The notes beneath the pieces were generated by a model. The model searched no databases. It saw only the letters and a list, made by a program, of their open reading frames with translations, and had not been told where the DNA came from. From positions 7,846-71,845 of the forward strand of contig DATKHR010000088.1 of NCBI GenBank assembly GCA_035510155.1: a stretch of 64,000 nt of DNA, in the 5' to 3' direction. The stretch is from Vicinamibacterales bacterium (lineage in GTDB: Bacteria; Acidobacteriota; Vicinamibacteria; Vicinamibacterales; CAVVIG01). Of the stretch, positions 18,545-27,489 are shown in pieces. Positions within the stretch are counted from its first letter, which is position 1, and each line of letters starts with the position of its first letter. A program made the position numbers and the translations under genes.

Positions 18545-19987
18545 ATGACGCGTCTTCAGTCTCGGCGCCCGCAAGACGGCTTCACTGGTTCTGGCAACTT
18601 CGGCCGCCTTCATCGCGGCCTCAGCTCTCTCGAGTACTTCACGTTTGGCTTCGGGACCATGATCGGCGTCGGCTGGCTCGTCCTGATGGACGACTGGCTC
18701 ACGCGCGGCGGCCCGGCGGGCGGCATGCTCGGGTTCCTCCTCGGCGGCCTCTTCTTGTTCCCGATTGCGCGCACCTACGGCCGGTTGGTGCAGCAGATCC
18801 CGGACGCAGGGGCCGAGATTGCGTACACCGAAGGCGTGATGCCGCCGTTTGTCAGCTTCGCGGCCGGTTGGACCATGGTCCTGTCATACGCCATCGTGTG
18901 CCCGTGGGAAGCGGTCGCGACGGGAAATCTGCTCGCGCGCGTCATTCCGGCTCTTAACACGCACGAGCTGTACGCGATTGGCGGAACGCCGATCTTCGCG
19001 CCACGTGTCGCCGTCGGTGTCGGGCTCACGGCCGTCGTCGCGATCGTCAACTACCGCGGCATCAAACCGAGCGGCATTTTTCAGAACGTGATGACGTTCG
19101 GCCTGCTGTTCACATTTGCCATCTTCACGCTCCTCGGCTTTGCCCGCGGGTCTCCATCAAATCTGCAGCCGCTCTTCTCGCATGCGGGAGCTGCGGGCGC
19201 CTGGCTTTCGATTTTTCTCGTCCTTCAGATCGTCCCGTATTTCATGACGGGCTTCGAATCGGTCGCGAAAGGCTCCGAGGAGGCGCATGAAGGATTCGAT
19301 CCGCGCAACTTCGCGAAGGCCATCTACGCGGCTCTCGTCGCCGGGTTTCTTTTCTACGTGATCGTCATCGCGGTCGTCACCTGGGTGTATCCCTGGCAGG
19401 AAATTGTCTCCGGCCACGTGCGCACCGAGGTCGCCTTCGAGCGGACGTTCGGGTCGCATGCCATCGCTCAGTTGATCCTCTTCGGCGCGTTTCTCTCGTT
19501 GCTCAAGATCTTCAACGGCAATTTTGTCGCCGGCACGCGAATGATGTACGCCATGGGAAAACGCGGCGTGGTTCACCGCTCGCTTGGCTTCGTCCACCCC
19601 ACCTATGGAACCCCAGCCGTCGCCATCTCGCTCCTCGCCGCGCTCACAATTGCTTGCGCCATGATGGGCGACGCGATTCTGGTGCCGATCACCGAAGTCG
19701 GGTCGCTGACGGTTGGCATTGGCTGGCTTTCAGCATGTGCCGCGTTCATCCTGCGGGCGCGCGTCCACGCGGCCGGCACTGACATGTCCCGCGCATCTCA
19801 CGCGACCCACCTGACCCACCCGACCTATGCGGCGTGGCTCGGCGCCGCCGTCAGCCTCGCAATCGTCCTGATGAAAGTCATTCCGGCCATTCCCGGTAGC
19901 TTTACGCGGGCTGAGTGGATGGCGTTCGCCGCATGGAGCGGCGCTGGCTTCGTGTTCTGGCGGCTGAGACCCTCACTGGCGCGGTGA
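18545..19987 (+). CDS. APC-family amino acid/polyamine permease
   Basis: Start taken at MTRLQS (ATG 18545). About 12 TM helices and an APC-type N-terminal pattern (LEYFTFGFGTMIGVGWLV). It is divergent from the agmatinase. Confidence 0.8.
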   Translation: MTRLQSRRPQDGFTGSGNFGRLHRGLSSLEYFTFGFGTMIGVGWLVLMDDWLTRGGPAGGMLGFLLGGLFLFPIARTYGRLVQQIPDAGAEIAYTEGVMPPFVSFAAGWTMVLSYAIVCPWEAVATGNLLARVIPALNTHELYAIGGTPIFAPRVAVGVGLTAVVAIVNYRGIKPSGIFQNVMTFGLLFTFAIFTLLGFARGSPSNLQPLFSHAGAAGAWLSIFLVLQIVPYFMTGFESVAKGSEEAHEGFDPRNFAKAIYAALVAGFLFYVIVIAVVTWVYPWQEIVSGHVRTEVAFERTFGSHAIAQLILFGAFLSLLKIFNGNFVAGTRMMYAMGKRGVVHRSLGFVHPTYGTPAVAISLLAALTIACAMMGDAILVPITEVGSLTVGIGWLSACAAFILRARVHAAGTDMSRASHATHLTHPTYAAWLGAAVSLAIVLMKVIPAIPGSFTRAEWMAFAAWSGAGFVFWRLRPSLAR

Positions 19988-20707
19988 GCTGAGTGCCTGT
20001 TCGATGAAGGCCGCCTCGGGGAGCGCGCCAAGGATCTCGACTTCCTCGTTCACCACGGTCTTCGGCACGCCGCTCACCTGATACTTCCGCGCGAGGTCGG
20101 GGAACTCCGTCGCTTCTACTGCGGTCGCGGTGATGTGAGGACTTGCAAACGCCATCTCGTGCGCGAGGCTGACCGCCCGCGGACAGTGCGGTCAAGTCGG
20201 TGTGGTAAACACCTGCATCGTAATCGGCCTGTCGACCGCCCGCAGCCGATCGAGGCTCGCGGCCGAAAGCGCGGACTCCCGTCCGCCCGCAAGCAGGACC
20301 GCCTGCACGAGCGAGACGAACTCCCAACCGGATGGAGCGCCCAGGAACCTGATCCGCGAATCCTTCATCGTGTCCGACATCCGGCCGTCACCTGTCGAGC
20401 TCGCCTCACTCGACCCACCCGACTCACGCGACCTACCCGACTCACTCGACCCACTCCCGTACGCAATCGCGATGGCTGGCGTTCGGTCGACGCCGTACTG
20501 CTTTGCCTTGTCCCCCTCGAGCACGAGGTTGATCTCCTCTACGGAAATCCTGTCGGAAAGACCGCGGAGCTCGTCGAGAATCTGTCGCGTCTCGCCGCAC
20601 GTTTCGCACCCAATCGCCTGGGAAAAGAACAGCAGACGGACCGAACGGGTCATCCGATCGAATGCTTCGCGAAGTTTCTGCTGGTCGGCCGCCGAGAGCA
20701 AGGACAT
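19973..20707 (-). CDS. Two-domain thioredoxin-fold protein disulfide oxidoreductase (glutaredoxin-like / AhpF-N-terminal-like), candidate selenoprotein with in-frame TGA at 20194-20192
   Basis: ORFs 20707-20192 and 20155-19973 are in the same frame. Unit 1 has CETC. Unit 2 reads VFTTPT-[TGA]-PHCPRAVSLAHEMAF...EFPDLARKYQVSGVPKTVVN, so the stop falls on the first Cys of the CPxC motif. Confidence 0.65.
20170..20194 (-). promoter_or_regulatory. Hairpin at the in-frame UGA (candidate SECIS-like element)
   Basis: The minus-strand RNA is UGACCGC-ACUGUCCGCGG-GCGGUCA, a perfect 7-bp stem. An alternative fold is GCGGGC-GGUCA-GCCUCGC, with a GG-containing apical loop about 20 nt downstream of the UGA. 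Confidence 0.35.
20403..20456 (+). repeat. Three tandem 18-bp units inside the inter-domain linker of the thioredoxin-fold gene
   Basis: gcctcactcgacccaccc / gactcacgcgacctaccc / gactcactcgacccactc. The units are in frame and encode GSSESG-RSRESG-GSSEAS on the minus strand. A related copy, ctcacgcgacccacctgacccacccgacc, lies at 19797-19825. Confidence 0.8.
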
Positions 20708-20790
20708 GTGGCAATTATGTCACGCGGTGCCCGCCGGGGATTGACGCGCGCCTGCGTGATGCGCACGAGCGGCGAGCCACGAGCCGCGAG

Positions 20791-21270
20791 CTACTTGAAC
20801 AGATCGTCGAACGCTTTCCGCGCGTCACTCGACGACGGATCTGCCGTGCCGCTCGTCGATCCCGACGACGAGGGTGCCGTGCTGGTCTGCCGCTCGACGG
20901 TCGTCCGCGGCGTCATCGCCGCACAGGCATTGCGCGCGTCTTTCGGCGACACGCGCGCGGAGATCTTGTCGCTCTGCGCGCACTCCCACCGCGCGCTCGT
21001 ATCGAACGACACGCATTGGATGCAGCTGTGCAAATCGACGCCGCACCGCCCGCACGTGTCCAGCAGCCCGACGGGGACCGACAACAGGTTGCCGCACCGC
21101 GCGCACCGGAACACTTCGTGGGCGGCCATCAGATTCGGCGTTTTCGGACCTCTCTCGTCCTGCAAGACACGCCCGGGCGCCCGCTCTTTGGGTGGCGCGG
21201 GGTGGCCGCGCGGTTGCCGCTCGCGAGGGTCGTCCTGATACCCGCGCTGCCGATATTTCCGATCGCTCAT
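20791..21270 (-). CDS. Cys-rich zinc-ribbon protein with basic N-terminus and Ser/Thr-rich tail
   Basis: Start at MSDRKYRQRGY (ATG 21270-21268). Cys pairs CARCGN...CGRCG...CIQC...EC. The longer ORF to 21540 would overlap the divergent S9 peptidase leader. Confidence 0.55.
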   Translation of the reverse strand: MSDRKYRQRGYQDDPRERQPRGHPAPPKERAPGRVLQDERGPKTPNLMAAHEVFRCARCGNLLSVPVGLLDTCGRCGVDLHSCIQCVSFDTSARWECAQSDKISARVSPKDARNACAAMTPRTTVERQTSTAPSSSGSTSGTADPSSSDARKAFDDLFK

Positions 21271-21361
21271 GATGCTGGCAGACCCCTCATCCTCACATGA
21301 ATCCTGGCCGACGAGCCCCCGAGTCTCGAGCGGCGCGGCTGACAAGGGTAATATCGTTTGT

Positions 21362-23518
21362 ATGCGGCCTTTTCGCAACGCCCAGTCGCCGGCCCGCGCA
21401 TGGCGGCATGCTTCGACGATCGTCATTTTGGCAGCGACCGCAGGCGCGTGGGGGCTCGAGCCAGCCGCGAGGCTTCGAGCCTCCCCGGCAACCCTCTTGG
21501 CACAAGGCCAATCGCGGCGCGCGATGTCTCTCATGGACATCGCGGAACTCCCGCGTGCCCTCGACCCCCAGCTTTCTCCTGACGGCCGCTACGTCTTGTA
21601 CGCCCTCAGCCACGCTGACTGGAAGGCCGGCCGGCCGGTTTGGCAGATCTGGCGCCAGGAGATTGGCGGCGGCGGGCCCCTGCAGCTGACGTTTGGTGAC
21701 AACGGCGTCGTCCCTGGGTTCACACGCTGGTCGCCCGACGGAAGGACAATCCTGTTCGCCCGCGACGGTCAGCTCTCCCTTATGTCCGCAGGCGGGGGGG
21801 AGCCGACGCCGCTCACGAGGCATGCGACGAGCGCGTCGGCTCCAACCTGGTCGGCAGACGGGAGCGCCGTCTACTTCCTTGCCGCCGATGCCCGGACGGG
21901 CGAAGAACGCGAGCGCGCCCGGGTGCGGGACGATCTCTACTCCTACGAGGAGGACTTCAAGCAGCGCCATCTCTGGAAGGTGACGGTTCCAACCGGCGCT
22001 GGCGGCGCCGGTGGCCCCCGAACGGCCGGAGCCTTCGGGTGTTGTGGCGGCGAGCAGGCGATCACGTCCGGTGACTTCTCCATCGCGTCCTATCGCCTGT
22101 CCCGCGACGGCCAACACATCGCCTTCACACGCGTGCCAAGCCCCCTTCCTGGCGACGAAGACAAGAGCGAGATCTGGACGATGGATGCCAATGGCCAGAA
22201 CGGTCGTGCGCTGGTGACGAACGCTATCGTGAAGCTGGAGCCGGAGCTTTCGCCGGATAACCGGCAAGTGCTCTTTCTCGCTTCCGCGAACGCCCGCCTC
22301 GAGCCCTATTACAGTCAAAACCTCTTCGTTGTCCCGGCTACTGGCGGTACGCCGGTCCCGGTGGTGCTCGATATCCCGTACGAGTTCGACCGCGCGACGT
22401 GGGCGCCCGACGGCCGCTCGATTCTGGGCGTCGTCAATATGGGCCTGCATAGCGAAGTCTTTCGCATCAACGTCGCGGCGCGAACGTTCACGCCGTTGAC
22501 CGATGGCCGGCATTCCATTCCCTCGGCACCGGCGCCAGCCTGGAATCTCGAGCCGCGCGCCGGCAAGCTGGTGTTTCTGCTCGACGAGCCGACTCGCTTC
22601 GGCGACGCCTGGACGCTTGCGGTTGCGGCGACCGATCTCGCGCGCGTCACCCGCGTGACGGGCGTCTATGACACGCTCGAGACGACATTCGCGCTTCCCA
22701 GGCAGGAGCGATTCGAGTGGAAGGGGGCCGACGGAGCGACAGTCGACGGCATCCTGTTCTACCCGTCAGATTATCGACCCGGCGTGCGGTACCCGCTCGT
22801 CGTGCAGATGCATGGCGGGCCCGCCGAATCCGACAAGTTCGGCAGCGGCCCCGGGTTGCTCTTGAACTATGTACCTGTCCTGACCGGGAGGGGCTACGTC
22901 GTTTTGCGGCCGAACTACCGCGGCAGTGCTGGGTACGGCAACGCGTTCTATCGCGATGTGGTCGGCCACTACTTCAACAACATGGCGCCGGACGTGCTGG
23001 CCGGCGTCGACGCGCTCGTCGAGAAGGGGATTGCGGATCCGGACCGGATGGTGCTCATGGGGTGGAGCGCCGGCGCGCATCTGGTGAACAAGCTGATCAC
23101 GATGACCGATCGGTTCAAGGCCGCTTCAGCCGGCGCCAGCGCGGCCAACTTCATCTCTTTTTACGCTCAGAGCGATGTGCGGTACATCCGGACGCCTTGG
23201 TTTGGCGGCACTCCGTGGCAGAAGGACGCCCCAACCGATCTCTATTGGACTCAGTCCCCGCTGAAGGACGTTGCGAAGGTGAAGACGCCGACGCTCTTCT
23301 TCGTCGGTGAGAACGACGCGCGGGTCCCGCTCGCGCAGTCGATCGAAATATGGCGCGCGCTCAGAACAAACGGGGTGTCGACCCGTCTCTATGTCGCGCC
23401 GCGCGAGGGTCATCAGTGGGGCGAATTGCGCCATCAGATCGCCAAAGCGAACGCCGAGCTTGAATGGTTCGAGCGGTACGCTCGTGGGCGGCCGTACACG
23501 GCCGAAAAGGCGCCCTGA
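21362..23518 (+). CDS. S9 family serine peptidase (prolyl oligopeptidase/dipeptidyl aminopeptidase) with N-terminal TolB-like beta-propeller
   Basis: Start at MRPFRNAQ... with a signal-like segment. Propeller repeats (SPDGRY, SPDGRTILF, SADGSAVYF, SPDNRQVLF, APDGRSILG). Catalytic motifs GWSAGAH, GENDARVP and EGHQW. Confidence 0.85.
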   Translation: MRPFRNAQSPARAWRHASTIVILAATAGAWGLEPAARLRASPATLLAQGQSRRAMSLMDIAELPRALDPQLSPDGRYVLYALSHADWKAGRPVWQIWRQEIGGGGPLQLTFGDNGVVPGFTRWSPDGRTILFARDGQLSLMSAGGGEPTPLTRHATSASAPTWSADGSAVYFLAADARTGEERERARVRDDLYSYEEDFKQRHLWKVTVPTGAGGAGGPRTAGAFGCCGGEQAITSGDFSIASYRLSRDGQHIAFTRVPSPLPGDEDKSEIWTMDANGQNGRALVTNAIVKLEPELSPDNRQVLFLASANARLEPYYSQNLFVVPATGGTPVPVVLDIPYEFDRATWAPDGRSILGVVNMGLHSEVFRINVAARTFTPLTDGRHSIPSAPAPAWNLEPRAGKLVFLLDEPTRFGDAWTLAVAATDLARVTRVTGVYDTLETTFALPRQERFEWKGADGATVDGILFYPSDYRPGVRYPLVVQMHGGPAESDKFGSGPGLLLNYVPVLTGRGYVVLRPNYRGSAGYGNAFYRDVVGHYFNNMAPDVLAGVDALVEKGIADPDRMVLMGWSAGAHLVNKLITMTDRFKAASAGASAANFISFYAQSDVRYIRTPWFGGTPWQKDAPTDLYWTQSPLKDVAKVKTPTLFFVGENDARVPLAQSIEIWRALRTNGVSTRLYVAPREGHQWGELRHQIAKANAELEWFERYARGRPYTAEKAP

Positions 23519-23557
23519 GGCCCTAAGCCCAGCCTTCGATTTCCACCCCGGCTTTTT

Positions 23558-23586
23558 TTGACAATACGTGAAAAGTTTCACAAAAT
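23558..23586 (+). promoter_or_regulatory. Candidate sigma70-type promoter (TTGACA-17 nt-CAAAAT) with an embedded CRP/FNR-like palindrome cGTGA-N6-TCACa, upstream of actA
   Basis: TTGACA at 23558-23563 and CAAAAT at 23581-23586. The palindrome cgtgaaaagtttcaca at 23567-23582 matches the TGTGA-N6-TCACA architecture. An A/T-rich tract lies upstream. Confidence 0.3.
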
Positions 23587-23674
23587 GACCCCGGGCAACG
23601 TCGCCCCGGTTCGCTCGTCGAAAAAGGGAGTAAGCTCGGATTCACCCTCCACCTGGTCGTAATCGCAATACCCG

Positions 23675-24325
23675 ATGGCGCAGATCTTTCACCGCTCTAC
23701 GAACACGATTGCTCGGGTCAGCATCTTCGGTGCGGTTTTCTTCGTCGCCGGCCTTCTGTATCTCTTCGATCAGATCAATCGATCGTCCTGGGTGACCGAG
23801 GTCCACGTCGCCCGAGAGCAGCCAATCCAGTTCAGCCACGAGCGGCACGTCGCCGGCAACGGCATCGACTGCCGCTACTGCCACGCTTCCGTTGAAGACA
23901 GCGCGTTCGCCGGAATTCCGCCAACCAGGACGTGCATGAACTGCCACTCGCAGATCTTCGCCAACAGCCCGTACCTCGCGCCCGTTCGCGACAGTTTCCG
24001 TACAGGCACGTCGCTCCAGTGGACGCGCGTGCACGACTTGCCTGACTTCGTGTACTTCGATCACAGCATTCACGTGAACAAAGGCGTCGGGTGCACGACC
24101 TGTCACGGCCAAGTCGATCGCATGCCGCTCATGTGGCGCGAGAAATCGCTGCAGATGGAATGGTGCCTCGACTGCCACCGGCAGCCCGAGCGCTACGTGC
24201 GGCCGCGCGAAGCCGTGTTCCGGGTGGACTACGAGCCACCCCCGGATCAGCTGGAGTTGGGCCGACGCCTGGTGGAGGAGTATCAAATTCAGCGACTCAC
24301 AAGCTGCTCGACATGTCATCGTTGA
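23675..24325 (+). CDS. actA: Alternative Complex III subunit ActA, pentaheme cytochrome c
   Basis: 216-aa ORF with an N-terminal TM anchor and five CxxCH motifs (CRYCH, CMNCH, CTTCH, CLDCH, CSTCH). It is followed by actBCDEF. Confidence 0.85.
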   Translation: MAQIFHRSTNTIARVSIFGAVFFVAGLLYLFDQINRSSWVTEVHVAREQPIQFSHERHVAGNGIDCRYCHASVEDSAFAGIPPTRTCMNCHSQIFANSPYLAPVRDSFRTGTSLQWTRVHDLPDFVYFDHSIHVNKGVGCTTCHGQVDRMPLMWREKSLQMEWCLDCHRQPERYVRPREAVFRVDYEPPPDQLELGRRLVEEYQIQRLTSCSTCHR

Positions 24326-27300
24326 AACACAGCGTGATGCGGGATGCGGGATGCGGGATTCGTCATGCAATGGACTGCGTGTCCCACGAATCCCACATCC
24401 CGAATCCCGCATCACGTCCCTTCTGGCGAACGCTCGAAGAACGCGCAAACGATCCGGCCTTCCAGGAGCGCCTCTTTAACGAGTTCCCCTCGGAGATCGA
24501 AGCGATTACGGACCCGATCCAGCGCCGGACTTTTCTGAAGCTGATGTCCGCGTCAATGGCCCTGGCGGGCGTCACCGCCTGCACCCGTCAGCCTGTCGAA
24601 AAGATCGTTCCTTACGTCCGCCAGCCCGAAGAGCTGATTCCAGGACGTCCGCTGTACTTCGCCACAGCGATGGCCGTGGGCGGCGTCGCCACAGGACTGG
24701 TCGTCGAAAGCCACGAAGGCCGGCCGACAAAGATCGAAGGCAACGCCCTCCACCCAGGCAGCCTCGGCGCGGCTGACGTCTTCTCCCAAGCCGCGATCCT
24801 CGGTCTCTATGACCCCGATCGGTCGATGACGCTCACCAATCTTGGCGAGATTCGGCCCTGGTCGGTATTCCTCGGCGCGATTCGCGCTGCCCTCACCGTG
24901 CAGCAAGCGCTGAAAGGCGCCGGCCTCCGCATCCTCACGGAATCCGTGAGCTCGCCAACACTCGCCGCCCAAATCCGCGACATCCTCTCGCGCTACCCGG
25001 AAGCGAAATGGCACCAATGGGATCCCGCCAGCCGCGACAACGCTCGCGCCGGCTCGCAACTGGCCTTCGGCCAATACGTCGACGCCCAATACAAGCTGGA
25101 GAACGCTGACGTCATTCTGGCGCTCGACGCAGACTTCCTTTCCTGCGGGCCAGGCAGCCTCCGCTACGCCCGCGACTTCGCCGCACGTCGTCGTCCCGAA
25201 AACGCCGCGCGCATGAATCGACTCTACACCGTGGAGACGATGCCGACGTCGACCGGCTCGCGCGCCGATCACAGATTACCGCTCAAGCCAAGTCTTGTCG
25301 GCGCCGTCGCTCGGCAAATCGCGGCAGCCGTCGCGCCAGGCGTCGAGCACCGTGGCGGAGCAGGGGCAGGCGGCCGTGCGGCCCCACAGGATCCACGCGC
25401 CGGCATCAGGGTGAGCGCGGCCGCACAGAAGTTTGTCGACACCGTCTCGAAAGATCTTCTGGCCCACCGCGGCCGGAGCCTCGTGATCGCGGGGGACACC
25501 CAGCCGGCGTACGTCCACGCTCTCGCGCACGCCATGAACCAGACCCTCGCCAACGTAGGCCAAACAGTCATCTTTACCCAGACGGTAGAAGCCGAACCGA
25601 TCGATCAGATCGCGTCTCTCCGTGACCTTGTCACCGAGATGAGCGGAGGCAAGGTCGATCTGCTGGTCATTCTGTCGGGGAACCCTGTCTATACCGCGCC
25701 CGCAGATCTCCGATTCGATGAAGCCCTTTCAAAGGTCCCGTTGAGAGTGCGGCTCGGTCTCTACGAGGACGAGACGTCGGCGCTCTGCCACTGGCAGATC
25801 CCGGAAGCGCACTTCCTCGAGGCATGGAGCGACGCCCGCGGATTCGACGGTACGGCGTCCATCGTCCAGCCGCTCATCGCCCCGCTCTACAACGGCAAGT
25901 CGGCGCACGAGGTGCTCGCCGCCATGACCGACCGCCCCGAGCGGTCCGCCTACGACATCATCCGCGAGCAGTGGAAGATCCGGGGGGGAGGGACACCCGG
26001 AACGGACAATCCCCCCGGCGGCGACGACGACTGGCAACGATGGCTCCACGACGGCGTGATTCCGAACACCGCCTTCACGCCAAAAGCCGTCACGATCGCA
26101 TCCCCCCTCGAATCCGGAATCGAATCCGCGGCCCAATCCGCTACCCAATCCGCAGTCCGCGATCCGCAATCCGGGATCCCCAATCCGCAATCCGGAATCG
26201 AGGTGTCTTTCCACCTCGACCCCTCCGTGCTCGACGGCCGATTCGCCAACAACGGCTGGCTGCAGGAGCTGCCCAAGCCGGTCACCAAGCTGACGTGGGA
26301 CAACGCGATCTTCGTCAGCCCTGCCACCGCGGCGCGCCTCAGCGCCACGAACACGCCAGCCTATCGCGGCGGAGAGCACGGCACGATCATGAGCGACGTC
26401 TTCGAGCTTCGATCGGCGGGACGCGCTGTTCGTGGCCCGATGTTCGCGGTTGCAGGCCACCCCGACGAGTGCGCCACGGTGCATCTCGGCTACGGGCGCG
26501 CCCGTGGCGGCCATGCGGCGAAAGGCGCTGGATTCGACGCCACCGCCATTCGCCGTTCTGACGCGTTTTGGTTCGCGCCCGCCGAACTGGTCAAAACGCG
26601 CGACACCTATCCGCTCGCATGCACGCAGTATCACCATCTCATGGAAGGCCGCGACATCATCCGCGCGGTCACGCGCGACGAATATCTACGGAACCCGAAG
26701 AGCATGAGCGAGGGACCCGGCAAAGAGGAACCACCGTCGCGGGCGATCACGCTCTATCCCGAGCACGAGTACACAGGTTACAAGTGGGGCATGGCTATCG
26801 ATGTCAACGCCTGCATCGGCTGCAACGCCTGCGTTGTCGGCTGCCAGGCCGAGAACAACATCGCGATTGTCGGCAAGGATCAAGTCCTTCGCGGGCGAGA
26901 AATGCACTGGATCCGCATCGATACGTACTATCGCGGCAATGTCGAGGAGCCGGAGACCTACTTCCAACCCGTGCCGTGCATGCAGTGCGAGAACGCCCCG
27001 TGCGAGCCCGTCTGCCCCGTAGGCGCGACCGTGCATAGTGACGAGGGGCTGAACGACATGGTGTACAACCGCTGCGTCGGCACGCGGTACTGCTCGAACA
27101 ACTGCCCCTACAAGGTCCGCCGCTTCAACTATTTCTTGTACCAGGACTGGAACACGCCCAGCCTCAAGCTGCAGCGCAACCCGGACGTCAGCGTCCGCAG
27201 CCGAGGAGTGATGGAGAAGTGCACGTACTGCGTTCAGCGCATCAACGAAGCGAAGATTCGGGCTGAGAAGGAAGGCCGCAGGGTCCGGGACGGCGATATC

Positions 27301-27489
27301 CAGACTGCCTGCCAGCAGACCTGTCCCGCTCAGGCCATCTTTTTTGGCGATCTCAACGACCCGGCGAGCCGCGTCGCGAAGCTGCGGGCGGAGGAGCGGA
27401 CCTATTCCCTGCTTGCTGATCAGAACACGCGCCCGCGGACAACCTACCTCGGTGCGGTTCGCAATCTGAACCCGGAGCTGGCGGAATAA
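24313..27489 (+). CDS. actB: Alternative Complex III subunit ActB (molybdopterin-oxidoreductase-like domain fused to a 4Fe-4S ferredoxin domain), Tat substrate
   Basis: [23 protein letters not shown] followed by the twin-arginine signal [18 protein letters not shown]-terminal FeS clusters [49 protein letters not shown] and CTYCVQR...[10 protein letters not shown]. The start is ATG 24313 (overlapping the actA stop) or ATG 24370 in the loop of the inverted repeat. Confidence 0.9.
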   Translation: MSSLKHSVMRDAGCGIRHAMDCVSHESHIPNPASRPFWRTLEERANDPAFQERLFNEFPSEIEAITDPIQRRTFLKLMSASMALAGVTACTRQPVEKIVPYVRQPEELIPGRPLYFATAMAVGGVATGLVVESHEGRPTKIEGNALHPGSLGAADVFSQAAILGLYDPDRSMTLTNLGEIRPWSVFLGAIRAALTVQQALKGAGLRILTESVSSPTLAAQIRDILSRYPEAKWHQWDPASRDNARAGSQLAFGQYVDAQYKLENADVILALDADFLSCGPGSLRYARDFAARRRPENAARMNRLYTVETMPTSTGSRADHRLPLKPSLVGAVARQIAAAVAPGVEHRGGAGAGGRAAPQDPRAGIRVSAAAQKFVDTVSKDLLAHRGRSLVIAGDTQPAYVHALAHAMNQTLANVGQTVIFTQTVEAEPIDQIASLRDLVTEMSGGKVDLLVILSGNPVYTAPADLRFDEALSKVPLRVRLGLYEDETSALCHWQIPEAHFLEAWSDARGFDGTASIVQPLIAPLYNGKSAHEVLAAMTDRPERSAYDIIREQWKIRGGGTPGTDNPPGGDDDWQRWLHDGVIPNTAFTPKAVTIASPLESGIESAAQSATQSAVRDPQSGIPNPQSGIEVSFHLDPSVLDGRFANNGWLQELPKPVTKLTWDNAIFVSPATAARLSATNTPAYRGGEHGTIMSDVFELRSAGRAVRGPMFAVAGHPDECATVHLGYGRARGGHAAKGAGFDATAIRRSDAFWFAPAELVKTRDTYPLACTQYHHLMEGRDIIRAVTRDEYLRNPKSMSEGPGKEEPPSRAITLYPEHEYTGYKWGMAIDVNACIGCNACVVGCQAENNIAIVGKDQVLRGREMHWIRIDTYYRGNVEEPETYFQPVPCMQCENAPCEPVCPVGATVHSDEGLNDMVYNRCVGTRYCSNNCPYKVRRFNYFLYQDWNTPSLKLQRNPDVSVRSRGVMEKCTYCVQRINEAKIRAEKEGRRVRDGDIQTACQQTCPAQAIFFGDLNDPASRVAKLRAEERTYSLLADQNTRPRTTYLGAVRNLNPELAE
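24333..24416 (+). repeat. Inverted repeat with 30-bp arms (28/30 complementary) and a 24-nt spacer at the actA/actB junction
   Basis: Left arm cgtgatgcgggatgcgggatgcgggattcg (24333-24362). Right arm cgaatcccacatcccgaatcccgcatcacg (24387-24416). The arms are built from GCGGGAT/ATCCCGC heptamers. Confidence 0.85.
26109..26201 (+). repeat. In-frame AATCCG-type short-repeat block inside actB
   Basis: The series gaatccggaatc gaatccgcggcc caatccgctacc caatccgcagtc ...gatccgcaatccgggatccccaatccgcaatccggaatcga has 12-nt periodicity at the start. It encodes [31 protein letters not shown]. Confidence 0.75.

Noticed and set aside
19973-20707. Treating 19973-20155 and 20192-20707 as two separate genes or as a simple nonsense pseudogene.
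   Set aside because: The short ORF alone would be half a thioredoxin fold without its CxxC. The stop lies exactly at the catalytic Cys codon and the downstream frame is intact. Sec recoding is the more parsimonious reading. A pseudogene remains the fallback if no Sec machinery exists in the genome.
26109-26201. Possible CRISPR array or similar repeat-spacer structure formed by the AATCCG repeats.
   Set aside because: The units are 7-12 nt, contiguous and without unique spacers. They lie inside an intact ORF, and no cas genes are present.
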